64,000 nucleotides of DNA, taken from positions 326,982 to 390,981 of the forward strand of contig CAVSDF010000008.1 in NCBI GenBank assembly GCA_963726715.1. The letters run 5' to 3'. Origin of the DNA: Rhodothermales bacterium. GTDB taxonomy: Bacteria > Bacteroidota > Rhodothermia > Rhodothermales > BA12. How positions within the stretch are numbered: position 1 is the stretch's first letter; each line of letters opens with the position of its first letter. This document shows, piece after piece, positions 32,364 through 47,700 of the stretch. The position numbers and the translations under genes were made by a program. Below the pieces are notes generated by a model, which worked only from the letters and a program-made list of their open reading frames with translations, was not told the origin of the DNA and did not search any database.

Positions 32364-32535
32364 CGGCGAGCCGGATCTGCAACGGCGCCTTGTGAGATGC
32401 ATCGGCGATGCGTCTCCAGCACCCCCAACCGGCCCGACGGACGCACGGCCGTACGCGGCGCCACTGCGGCGCGGGGGCACGAATCGCGCGGGCGGCATCG
32501 TATCGTCCGGTATTCGCCGACACCTTCCCGCCCCG

Positions 32536-33066
32536 ATGCCCGAACCCACCGACCCCGACCGCTACCCGACCGGGCGCTTCGTCTACGACGACGCCCCCGG
32601 CGCCCGCCAGAGCGCCATCGCGGCCATCGCGTCGCTGCCGTCCGAGCTTCGCGCCGCGCTCGACGGGCTTTCCGACGCCACTCTCGACACGCCCTACCGC
32701 GACGGCGGGTGGACGGCCCGGCAGGTCGCGCGCCACCTCGCCGACAGCCACATGAATGCCCTCGTGCGCGTCAAACGGGCGCTCACCGAAGAGGCGCCGG
32801 TCGTCACGCCGTATGCGCAGGACCCGTGGGTGCGCCTGCCCGACGCCGCGCTTCCCCTCGACGTGCCCCTCGCGCTCCTCGACGCGCTCCACGCGCAGTG
32901 GTCCGCGCTCCTCGCCGCGCTCTCCGACGCCGACTTCGCGCGCGGCTACATCCACACCGACCACGGACGGCTCGTGCCGATCGACGAGGCAACGCAGATG
33001 TACGCGTGGCACGGGCGCCACCACCTCGCCCACATCGCCGCCGCCGCGCGCCGCGCCGCCGACTGA
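32536..33066 (+). CDS. DinB/YfiT-family metal-dependent protein (putative thiol transferase)
   Basis: ATG 32536. PYRDGGWTARQVARHLADSHMNA and YAWHGRHHLAHI, the His triad spacing typical of the DinB_2/YfiT fold. Confidence 0.7.
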   Translation: MPEPTDPDRYPTGRFVYDDAPGARQSAIAAIASLPSELRAALDGLSDATLDTPYRDGGWTARQVARHLADSHMNALVRVKRALTEEAPVVTPYAQDPWVRLPDAALPLDVPLALLDALHAQWSALLAALSDADFARGYIHTDHGRLVPIDEATQMYAWHGRHHLAHIAAAARRAAD

Positions 33067-33072
33067 CGCGAG

Positions 33073-33109
33073 TCTGCTAACACCTTTGCTCTTCTGCTAA
33101 CACTTTTGC
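33073..33109 (+). promoter_or_regulatory. two tandem 17-nt direct repeats immediately upstream of the M28 peptidase start
   Basis: TCTGCTAACACCTTTGC (33073-33089) and TCTGCTAACACTTTTGC (33093-33109), 16 of 17 identical, period 20 nt. The second ends 5 nt before ATG 33115. Confidence 0.5.
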
Positions 33110-33114
33110 ATTCG

Positions 33115-34794
33115 ATGATCCGACCCTTCCTCCTCGCCGCCGTTCTCTTCGGGACTGCCACCGTGCCCGCCGCGACGGCGCAGCGCATCTACGGCACCGC
33201 CGACCCGGCGCGCGGCCTCGCCGCCCTCGACACCGTCGCCGCGCGGCGGCACCTCGAAACGCTCGCCTCCGACGCATTCGAGGGCCGCGGCACCGGCACG
33301 CCCGGCGAGCGCCGCGCCGTCGAATACGTCGAGCGTGAGATGCGGCGCATCGGCCTCGCACCCGGCGCGCCTGACGGCACCTACCGCCAGCGCGTGCCGA
33401 TGCTCGGCTCGACGCCCGTCAACACGCAGCCGCTGCGGTTCTCGCGCGGTGACTCGTCGTACGCGGCCACCTTCGTCACCGACTTCACGCTCTCGACCGA
33501 TCTCGCCGACGAGCGCGCGGCCCTCGACGGCGAGATCGTGTTCGTCGGCTACGGCATCGCCAATCCGGGCGAGCGGTGGGACGACTTCAAGGGCGTCGAT
33601 GTGCGTGGCAAGATCCTGCTCGCCTTCGTCAACGACCCGCCCTCGACCGCCGCCGAACCGGCGCTCTTCCAGGCCGACACGCTCACGTACAACGGGCGGT
33701 GGACCTACAAGTATGAGGAGGCGAGGCGCCGCGGCGCGAAGGGGATCCTGCTCATCCACACGCTCGGCACGGCGGGCTACCCGTACCAGGTGCTCTCGGC
33801 GTCGGCGCCGCGCGAGCAGATCCAGCTCGCCACGCCGCCCGCGAATCCGCTAACACTCAAGGGATGGATCACGCAGCCTGTCGCCGACCGCCTCGCGCGG
33901 TGGAGCGGGACAACCCTCGACGCGTGGTTCGAGGCCGCCGGGCGGCGTGATTTCCGCCCGCAGCCGCTCGGCATCACCCTCCGCGCCGCGTCGGACTTCC
34001 GCGTCCGGCGCTTCGACGGCACCAACGTCGTCGGGACGATCCGCGGGCGCTATCGTCCGCAGGAAGCCATCGTGTACAGCGCGCACCACGATCACCTCGG
34101 GATGAGTCCGGAGTTGATCGCGCAGGGCCGCGATGGCATCTACAACGGCGCCGTCGACAACGCGAGCGGCGTGGCGATGCTGCTGACGCTTGCCGAGGCG
34201 TTCACGTCCGGTCCGCCACCCGCGCGCAGCGTGACGTTCGTCTCGACGACGGCGGAGGAATCCGGCCTGCTCGGCGCGACGCATTATGCCGGATCGCCCG
34301 CGACGCCGCTCGTGCGCACGATCGCCAACCTGAACGTCGACAGCGGCAACCTGCTCGGGCGCACGCGTGACCTCGTCGGCATCGGCGCCGAGCGGTCGGA
34401 TCTGATGACGATGCTGCGCGCCGAGGCCGGGCGCGAGGCGATGACGGTGACGCCGGATTCGCGCCCGAATCAGGGCCTGCTCTACCGCTCCGACCAGCTC
34501 GCCTTCGCCCGCGGCGGCGTCCCCGCCGTGTTCTTCAACACCGGGCGGACGTTCATCGGGCAATCCGACGACTACTTCGACCGCATGGAGAACGACTACA
34601 ACCTCCGGCGCTACCACCAGCCCGGCGACGAGGTGCTGCCGACGTTCCAGTACGGCGGCCTGCTCCAGCAGATGCGCGTCGCCTACCGCCTCGGGTTCGA
34701 CCTCGCCGACGGCACGCAGCGCCCGGCGTGGCGCGCGGGCGAGGCCTTCGGCGCCACCCGAGAAGCCGACGAGCGCGCCGCCGGTCTGCGGTGA
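33115..34794 (+). CDS. M28-family aminopeptidase with PA domain
   Basis: ATG 33115 (the ORF track starts at TTG 33106). Signal peptide, then YSAHHDHLG, YNGAVDNASGVAMLL, TAEESGLLGA and YHQPGDE, the M28 zinc ligands. Confidence 0.85.
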   Translation: MIRPFLLAAVLFGTATVPAATAQRIYGTADPARGLAALDTVAARRHLETLASDAFEGRGTGTPGERRAVEYVEREMRRIGLAPGAPDGTYRQRVPMLGSTPVNTQPLRFSRGDSSYAATFVTDFTLSTDLADERAALDGEIVFVGYGIANPGERWDDFKGVDVRGKILLAFVNDPPSTAAEPALFQADTLTYNGRWTYKYEEARRRGAKGILLIHTLGTAGYPYQVLSASAPREQIQLATPPANPLTLKGWITQPVADRLARWSGTTLDAWFEAAGRRDFRPQPLGITLRAASDFRVRRFDGTNVVGTIRGRYRPQEAIVYSAHHDHLGMSPELIAQGRDGIYNGAVDNASGVAMLLTLAEAFTSGPPPARSVTFVSTTAEESGLLGATHYAGSPATPLVRTIANLNVDSGNLLGRTRDLVGIGAERSDLMTMLRAEAGREAMTVTPDSRPNQGLLYRSDQLAFARGGVPAVFFNTGRTFIGQSDDYFDRMENDYNLRRYHQPGDEVLPTFQYGGLLQQMRVAYRLGFDLADGTQRPAWRAGEAFGATREADERAAGLR

Positions 34795-34896
34795 CACGTC
34801 TGCTATCGTCGTTACGCTTCACGGGCTGTCCCTCCAGTACGTCGACGCCCGGCTTGACGCAGCATTGACCGGCGCTGCACGGAACGTTGGCTCGGC

Positions 34897-35908
34897 GTGT
34901 CGTTGCTTGGCTGTTCCTCCATCTCGCCGACACCCGTGCTGCTCCGCCGTTCCGCATCGTTCCTCGCCGTCTGGGTCCTCGCCCTCGCGCCCCTCGCCGC
35001 AGGCGCGCAGCCGACCGCTCCGCCTGTCGCCGGTCCGATCTCGGTCTCGCCGGTGGCGCCGCGCGGGGCTGATCGGGTGGCCGAGCCGGCGCCCGATTTC
35101 GCCGATGCGGCGGCGCTCGCGGCGTGGCTGCGCACCCGGTGCGCCCGGCGGGCCGGTCGTGAGCGCGCACCGCGGCGGCTACGGCGGCGCGTGGCCCGAG
35201 AACGCCATCGAGACGTTCATCGCCACGAACGCCCGCCTGCCGCGCGCCCTCCTCGAAACCGACATCCGCCTCACCCGCGACAGCGTCCTCGTGCTCCTGC
35301 ACGACGAGACGCTCGACCGCACGACGACCGCGACCGGGCGCCTCGACGCGCTCACCTTCGCCAGCACGCGCGGCATCGCCCTGCGCAGCGACAGCGGCGC
35401 GACGAGGTTCGGCATCCCGACGCTCGACAGCGCCCTCGCGTGGTCGGCGGGGCGCGCCGTCTACACGCTCGACCCCAAGCCCGAGGTGCCGCCCGCGCGC
35501 ATCGTCGGCGCCATCCGGGCGTGGCGGGCTGAGGGGCGGGCCGTTGTCATCACCTACTCGGCGGCGCAGTACGCGGGCTATCTCGTGCTCGCGCCCGACC
35601 TCGTCTACTCCGTCAACATCCCCGACCTCACCGCCCTCGACGCGCACCTCGCCCTCCCCGGCGCCCGCGCCGACCGGATGCTCGCCTTCGTCGGCACCCG
35701 CGTGCCCGACGCGGCGCTCGTGGCCCGCCTGCGCGCGCTCGGCATCCCGGCCATGGCCGGCGTCTTCGGCGCCCGCGAGGCCCGCGCGCTCGGCGGCGAC
35801 ACGAGCGTGATGGCCGACGCCTACGCCACCGGCGTCGGTCTCGTCTCCACCGCCGCCGTCGACGCCGCCGTGGCCGCCGCGCGCGCAGTGCGAACCGGCA
35901 GTCAGTAA
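34897..35908 (+). CDS. glycerophosphodiester phosphodiesterase, secreted (frame broken near 35128-35145)
   Basis: The signal peptide (LRRSASFLAVWVLALAPLAAGAQ) is in the frame of ORF 34897..35532. The catalytic part (VVSAHRGGYGGAWPENAIETF, LETDIRLTRDSVLVLLHDETLDRTT) is in the frame of ORF 34865..35908. Confidence 0.7.
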
Positions 35909-35942
35909 CCGCCCCGCACTGCCGCCGGTCAGCGCCAGCCGG

Positions 35943-36459
35943 TCAGCGCGAGACGAGGGCGCGGACGCGCGCGGACCCCTTGACGCGCCGACTGTACGGG
36001 CCGCGCTCGGCCACGAGCGTCGCCGTGAGGGTACCCCTCACCGCCTCGGCCGTGACGGTCTCGACGACGAAGCGCCCGCTCTCGGCGGCGTAGACCCACG
36101 ATGGCATCCCACACTCGCCACCGATGGCCATCCCACCCGAGAACTCGGCGGACTTGAATAGCCTCCACCAGGTCTGTCGCGCCCCGAGGTCGATCACCGG
36201 CCCCACCGAGGGCGTTCCCTCGAACGACTCCGACCACCCGAAGCGCCCGCCCGCGCCTACGTCGGGGCCACCGACCCCGACATAGGCGCGCGGGCTCTCC
36301 CCGCTCGGCAGCGACAGGTGCCCGTCGGTGACCGGCCACGAGAACGCCGCCGCGCCCACCGGCCGCACCTCGAGCGTGCCGACGACCGGGCGGGCAGGCC
36401 GTCTTGGCCGACGCAGCCGGAGACGACAGCCAGAGAGGCGAGAGCGAGAGGAGGGGCAT
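35943..36459 (-). CDS. hypothetical small secreted protein (possible frame break near 36380-36400)
   Basis: The body is in ORF 35943..36791 (...VVGTLEVRPVGAAAFSWPVTDGHLSLP...WVYAAESGRFVVETVTAEAVRGTLTATLVAERG...). The only signal-like start (MPLLSLSPLWLSSPAASA, ATG 36459) is in another frame. Confidence 0.3.
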
Positions 36460-36984
36460 CCAAGACGAAGGAACGGAATCTGGACGCCGGGGAAGCCCGC
36501 TGCCCCCGGATCCGCGAACCCACACGCCGCCCCCGTGCCCCTGCAACGGCGCGCGTCGTGCCCTCCCGACGCGCGGCGAAGTGGGCCGCCGTGGATCCCC
36601 GCTGTCGTGGCGATGGCGACATAGATGGGATGGCCCGTCTCCGCCGAGCCGCACGCCCCTCGGTGGCGCTCATCGGTGGCGCTCAGATATGGGGCGGAGC
36701 AGCCCTGCTCTCCACCTCGCCCCGGCGCGCCGGGTGCGCGCGACTCGGAAGCGGAGACGATCGCGCCAGCACCGCGCGTCGCAGTCTTCACGATCTACGA
36801 ACAACGTAGCCGGTCCACCTTTCAGAGGCAGACAAGATCGAGGCGGCACGAAAAAAAGGTGCGGAAGGGCTTCTGGCTTTCGAATCGACATCGAAGCGCT
36901 TCCCGGTTTTTGAAATCGAAGGTCAGAACCCCTTTTTTCCTTCGTAGAGAATCCGTATCCATCGGTCCACAGACCCCCGCCGCC

Positions 36985-42195
<5,211 letters not shown>

Positions 42196-43617
42196 ATGGG
42201 CCACCCGACCGGCTTCCTCACCCACGCTCGCCGCGCGACGCCGTACCGTCCGGTCGAGGAGCGCCTCGCCGACCACGCCGAGCTGTTCACCCGCGCCGAC
42301 GACGCCGCGCTCGGCGAGCAGGGCGCGCGGTGCATGGACTGCGGCGTGCCGTTCTGCCAGAGCGGCCACGGCTGCCCCCTCGGCAACCTCATCCCCGAGT
42401 GGAACGACCTCGTCTACGCCGGGCGGTGGCGCGAGGCCGCCGAGCGCCTGCTGCGCACCAACAACTTCCCCGAAATCACCGGGCGCGTCTGCCCTGCGCC
42501 CTGCGAGAGCGCGTGCGTGCTCGCCCACACCGCCGGAGACGCCGTCACCATCAAGTCCATCGAACACGCCATCGCCGAGCGGGCGTGGGACGACGGCTGG
42601 GACGTGCCGCGCCCACCGAGGCGCGAAACCGGCCGGTCGGTCGGGGTCGTCGGGAGCGGCCCGGCGGGGCTCGCGGCGGCGCAGGAGCTGCGGCGGCGCG
42701 GGCACGCGGTGACCGTCTACGAGCGCAGCGACCGCGCGGGCGGCCTGCTCACCTACGGCATCCCGACGATGAAGCTCTCGAAGGCCGTCGTCGCGCGGCG
42801 CGTGGCGCAGATCGAGGCCGAGGGCGTCGTGTTCCGGCTGGGCGTCGATGTCGGGCCGGGCGAGGCGGCGGCGCTGCGGACGCGCCACGACGCGCTCCTG
42901 CTCGCCACCGGCGCCGGACGCCCGCGCACGCTCGGCGTCGAGGGCGAGGCCCTCGGCGGCGTTCACCTCGCCCTCGACTACCTGACGCAGAGCACGCGCG
43001 AGACGCTCGGCGCCGCGCCACGCGCGATCGACGCGGCGGGAAAAGCCGTCGTCGTGATCGGCGGCGGCGACACCGGGACGGACTGCATCGCGACGGCGCT
43101 GCGGCAGGGGTGCCGGCGCCTCGTCAACCTCGAACTCCTCCCCGAGCCGCCGCGCGACCGCCCCGCCGATGCGCCGTGGCCGCTCTGGCCGCGCGTGCTG
43201 CGCAGCGACTACGGCCACGAGGAGGCCGCGAGCGTCTTCGGGCGCGACCCGCGCGCCTACGCCCTCCGCACGACCCGGCTCGTCGGCGACGGCGCCGGGC
43301 ACGTGGTGGCCGTCGAGACGGTGGGCGTGGCGTGGCACGGCGGGCGCATCGAGGACGTGGCGGGCACCGAGCGGCGCTGGGACGCCGACCTCGTGCTCGT
43401 GGCCGCCGGGTACCTCGGCCCCGAGACCGCCCTTCCGCTCGCCCTCGGCGCGGCCCTCGGCCCGCGCGGGGCCGTCGAGACCGCCACCGACCACGCGAGC
43501 GCCGCCGACGCCGTCTACGCCGCCGGAGACTGCCGCCGTGGGCCGTCGCTCGTCGTCTGGGCCATCCGCGAGGGCCGCGACGCCGCCGCCGCCATCCACG
43601 CCGCCCTTGCCGCCTGA
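42196..43617 (+). CDS. gltD: glutamate synthase small subunit
   Basis: ATG 42196 (MGHPTGFL...). CMDCGVPFCQ and CPAPCESACV Fe-S motifs. VGVVGSGPAGLAAA and VVVIGGGDTGTD dinucleotide folds. Stop at 43617. Confidence 0.9.
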   Translation: MGHPTGFLTHARRATPYRPVEERLADHAELFTRADDAALGEQGARCMDCGVPFCQSGHGCPLGNLIPEWNDLVYAGRWREAAERLLRTNNFPEITGRVCPAPCESACVLAHTAGDAVTIKSIEHAIAERAWDDGWDVPRPPRRETGRSVGVVGSGPAGLAAAQELRRRGHAVTVYERSDRAGGLLTYGIPTMKLSKAVVARRVAQIEAEGVVFRLGVDVGPGEAAALRTRHDALLLATGAGRPRTLGVEGEALGGVHLALDYLTQSTRETLGAAPRAIDAAGKAVVVIGGGDTGTDCIATALRQGCRRLVNLELLPEPPRDRPADAPWPLWPRVLRSDYGHEEAASVFGRDPRAYALRTTRLVGDGAGHVVAVETVGVAWHGGRIEDVAGTERRWDADLVLVAAGYLGPETALPLALGAALGPRGAVETATDHASAADAVYAAGDCRRGPSLVVWAIREGRDAAAAIHAALAA

Positions 43618-43837
43618 ACGGCCCCGCCCGCACCGAGGCGCGCTGCCGGACGGCCCTTCGCCCTGCGGCGGTGAGACGGTCGAAGCGCTTTCTCCGTGAA
43701 TCCAGAGAGAACGAAGCCCTTTTCTTCGACTTGCCTTAGAAATTAAGTTGATTTTGTGGTTTGTAGTTCGGATTGTCGGGTCGTTCGCCATCGTCTCCTG
43801 CGGTGTGCGGCGTCTCCCTCCGATCCCGTCCACACCC

Positions 43838-44599
43838 ATGCGCCGCGTCCTCGCCCGCCTCCCCGCCGTTCCGTCCGCCGCCCTCGCCGCCGCCCTCGCG
43901 CTGCTGCCCCCGGCTGCCGCCCACGCGCAACCGACGCTCACCGGCAGCGTCGCCTTCGTGAGCCCGTACGTCTTTCGCGGCGCCCTCTTCTCCAACGGCT
44001 ACGTCGTGCAGCCGACCGTCGAACTCGGCTACCGCGGCGCCTTCGTCGGCGGCTTCGCCAGCGTCGACCCCGACGGCGGCACGCGCGGCACGACCCTCGC
44101 CGCCAACGAGGCCGACCTCTACGCCGGCTACGGCACCACCGCCGGACCCCTCACCCTGCGCGCCGTCTACACCTACTACACGTTCCCCATCCCCGACGGC
44201 GACGAGATCGAGCTCACGCCCACCCAGGAAGTCGCCCTCACCGCCCGCCTCGCCGCCGCGCCCTTCGCCCCCGGCCTCTTCGTCGCCTACGACTTCGACG
44301 GCGACACCGACGACGGCGACCTGAAAGGCCTCTACGCCGAACTCTCGGCCTCGCAGCCCTTCTCCCTCGGCGGCCAGACGCTCAGCCTCGGCCTCGCCGC
44401 CGCCGCCGACGCCGGCTACCTGCTCGACGACGGCGACATCGGCCTCGCCCACGTGACGGCGTCGGTCTCGACCGACGTGCCCGCGGGGTCGGTGACGCTC
44501 AGCCCACTCCTCGCGCTCCAGGTGAGCACGGACCCGGTCTACCGCCGCAGCGTCGCCCGTCCGACGGTCGTCTACGGCGGCCTCGTCGTCAAATTCTGA
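43838..44599 (+). CDS. outer-membrane beta-barrel protein, TorF-family-like
   Basis: ATG 43838. Signal peptide ...ALLPPAAAHAQ. VAFVSPYVFRGALFSNG. Alternating strands. C-terminal ...VVYGGLVVKF. Confidence 0.6.
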   Translation: MRRVLARLPAVPSAALAAALALLPPAAAHAQPTLTGSVAFVSPYVFRGALFSNGYVVQPTVELGYRGAFVGGFASVDPDGGTRGTTLAANEADLYAGYGTTAGPLTLRAVYTYYTFPIPDGDEIELTPTQEVALTARLAAAPFAPGLFVAYDFDGDTDDGDLKGLYAELSASQPFSLGGQTLSLGLAAAADAGYLLDDGDIGLAHVTASVSTDVPAGSVTLSPLLALQVSTDPVYRRSVARPTVVYGGLVVKF

Positions 44600-44723
44600 G
44601 CCAGCGACCAGCGGCGAACCGGGCACGGCGGCCCGGCACGCGGGCACGGCGGCGTACCTTTCCGGCCCTCGTTCCGCCCCGCGCCCCGCCCGACCGGCGC
44701 GGCCGCCCCTCCGGCCCCGCCGC

Positions 44724-47700
44724 GTGTTCCTCAGCCGCCTCGACCTCCACGGCTTCAAGAGCTTCGCCGACAAGACGACGCTCACCTTCTCGGCGGGCGT
44801 GACGTGCATCGTCGGGCCCAACGGCTCGGGCAAGAGCAACGTCGTCGACGCGGTGCGGTGGGTCATCGGCGAGCAGCGCGCCCGCGTGCTGCGCTCGGAC
44901 GCGATGGCGAGCGTGCTCTTCAACGGCTCGAAAACGCGCAAGCCCCTCGGCCTCGCCGACGTGCGGCTGACGGTCGAGAACACGCGCGGCGTGCTGCCGT
45001 CGGCCTACACCGAGGTGACCGTCGGGCGACGGCTGTACCGGTCGGGCGAGTCGGAATACCTGCTCAACGGCGTCGAATGTCGGCTCCGCGACGTGCAGGA
45101 CCTGTTCCTCGACACCGGCCTCGGCGCGGGCGCGTACTCGATCATCGAACTGTCGATGGTGGAGGATCTGCTCTCGGAGGCCGACGAGGACCGGCGGCGG
45201 CTCTTCGAGGAGGCGGCGGGCGTGACGCGCTACAAGCTGCGCCGCAAGCAGGCGATCGCGCGCCTCGACGCGACGCGCCACGACCTCGCCCGCGTCCGCG
45301 ACCTCGACGGCGAACTCGCCGCCCGCGTTGCGTCGCTGCGCCGACAGGCCGACCGCGCCGGGCGCCACCGCGACCTCAGCGCCCGCCTCGCGCGCCTCGA
45401 CGACCTCCTCGCCCACGCCGAGCACGCGCGCCTCGTCGACGAGCGCGACGCCGCCGCGACCCGCCTGCGCGGCCTCGACACCGACCTCGCGAGCGCCGAC
45501 GCGCGCGCGTCCACGCTCGACACCGAGGCCGCCGCCCTCGCCCTCGCGCGCACGAGCGCCGAAACCGCCCGCCTCGACGCCCGGCAGGCCCTCGACGCCC
45601 ACCTCCGCCGCGTCCGCGACCTCGACGCCGAGCACCGCCTCTCCGACGAGCGCCTCGCCCGCGCCCGCGCCGACGCCGCCCGCGTGCGCGCCGAGCACGA
45701 CGAGGCCACGCGCCGCCGCGCCGCCATCGCCGGTGCCGCCCACCGCGTCGAGCGCGAGAGTGCCGACGCCGCCCCCGACGCCGCCGAGGCCGCCGACGCC
45801 CTCCAGAGCGCCCAGTCGGCCCGCGACGCCGCGCGGCAGGCCCTCGACGCCGCCCGCGCCCGCGTCCGCGCCGCGCAGACCGACGAGGCCCGCGCGACCG
45901 CCGCACGCCAGAGCGCCGAGCGCGAGCGCGACCGCGCCGCCACGCGCCGCGACCTCTTGGCCGGCGACCTCGCAGCCGCCGAGCGCGCCGACGACGGACG
46001 ACAGACGACGGACGACACCGCCGCCCGTCAGAGCGCCGAGTCCGCCCGCGCCGCCGCGACGCGCGACGCCGACGCCGCCCGCGCCCGCCTCGATGCCGCC
46101 GAGGCCCTCCGCGTCCGGCTCGACGCCGACACCGCCGCCCTCCAGACCGAGCGCCGCGCCGCCGACGCCCGCCTCGCCACCCTCGACGCCGAAGCCCGCG
46201 TGCTGCGTCGTTTGGTCGAGCAGCAGACCGACCGCGCGGGCGCCGTCCGCAGCCTCGCCGCCGCGCCCGGCATCGCCCACCACGCAGGCGTCCTCGTCAC
46301 CCTCGCCGACGTCCTCCGCCCCGACGGCGACGCCGCAGGTGCCGCCCTCCGCGCCGTCCTCGGCCCCGCCCTCGGCGACCTCGTCGCCGCCACGACCTCC
46401 GAAGCCGACGCGCTCCTCGCCCACCTCCGCGAAGAACGGCGCGGGGCAGGCGACGGTGCACGTGCTGGAACTGGTGGGGGACGACGGACGACGGACGACG
46501 GACGACGGGGCAAACGATGGGGCCAGCGACGACGGACGACCGACGGCGGACGACGGGAGAGGAGACGACCGACGACCAACGACCGACGACCAACCCCTCA
46601 CCGCCCGCATCGCCGCCGCCGCGCCGCGCTACGAGCGCCTCCGCGACGCCCTGCTGCGCGACGTGACGATGGTGACGAGCGCCGACGAGGCCGCCGCACG
46701 CGCTGCCGCAACGCCCGGACGCGTCTTCGTCGCCCCCGACGGCACGTGGGCCGCAGGCGCCCGCCGCCACGGCGGCAGCGCGACGCCCGGCGAGGCCGCA
46801 CCGTCGCGCCTCGACCAGATCGCCCGCCTCGACGCCCTGAGCGCCGACGCCACCGCCGAGCGCCAGACCCTCGCCGCGCTGGACGTCCGCGCCGCCGCCA
46901 TCCAGAGCCAGCGCCCCTCCACCGACGCCGCGCCGCACCGCCTCGCCCTCGACCAGAGCGCCCGCGCCCTCCGCGACGCCGACGCCGCGCTCGCCCGCAT
47001 CGACGCCGACGCCCGGAGCGCCGTCCGCGCCCGCGACGAGCGCATCGCCCGCCGGGGCGCCCTCGCCGCCGAGATCGCCCGCCTCGACGCCGCCCTCCCC
47101 GGCCTCGACGCGCCTCTCGCCCAGAGCGCCGCCGCCCTCGACGCCGCCCGCGCCGCGCGCCAGAGCGCCGACGCCGCCCTCCCCGCCGCCGAGCGCGCGA
47201 GCGACGCCGCGCAGAGCGCCGAGCGCGACGCCGCTCTCCGGGACGCCGACGCCCGCCGCCGCCTCGACCAGCTCGCCCGCGACGCCGCCCGCCAGAGCGC
47301 CACCCTCCGCGACCTCGACCGCCAGCAGTCCGCCCGCCAGAGTGACATCGCCCGCCTCGACGCCCTGAGCCTCGCCGCCGCCGACGCCCTCCGCGCCGCC
47401 CGCGCCGCACTCGACGCCGCCGCCCCCGACCGGCAGGGCCTCGAAGACGCCGCCCAGCGCGCCGACGCCGCCCTCCTCGACGCCGACGCCGCGAGCGCCG
47501 ACCACGACGTCCTCCTCCGCGACGCCCGACGCGCCCGCGAGGCCGCCCTCCTCGCCGCGCGCGACACCCGCGCCCGCCACGCCGCGACCGCCGAGCAGCT
47601 CTCCGCCCTCCTCCTGCGGCTCAACGACGAACGCGGCGCCCCCTTCGACCCCGACGCCCTCACCGGCGACCCCGACCTCGACGCCTTCGACGCCGTCCGC

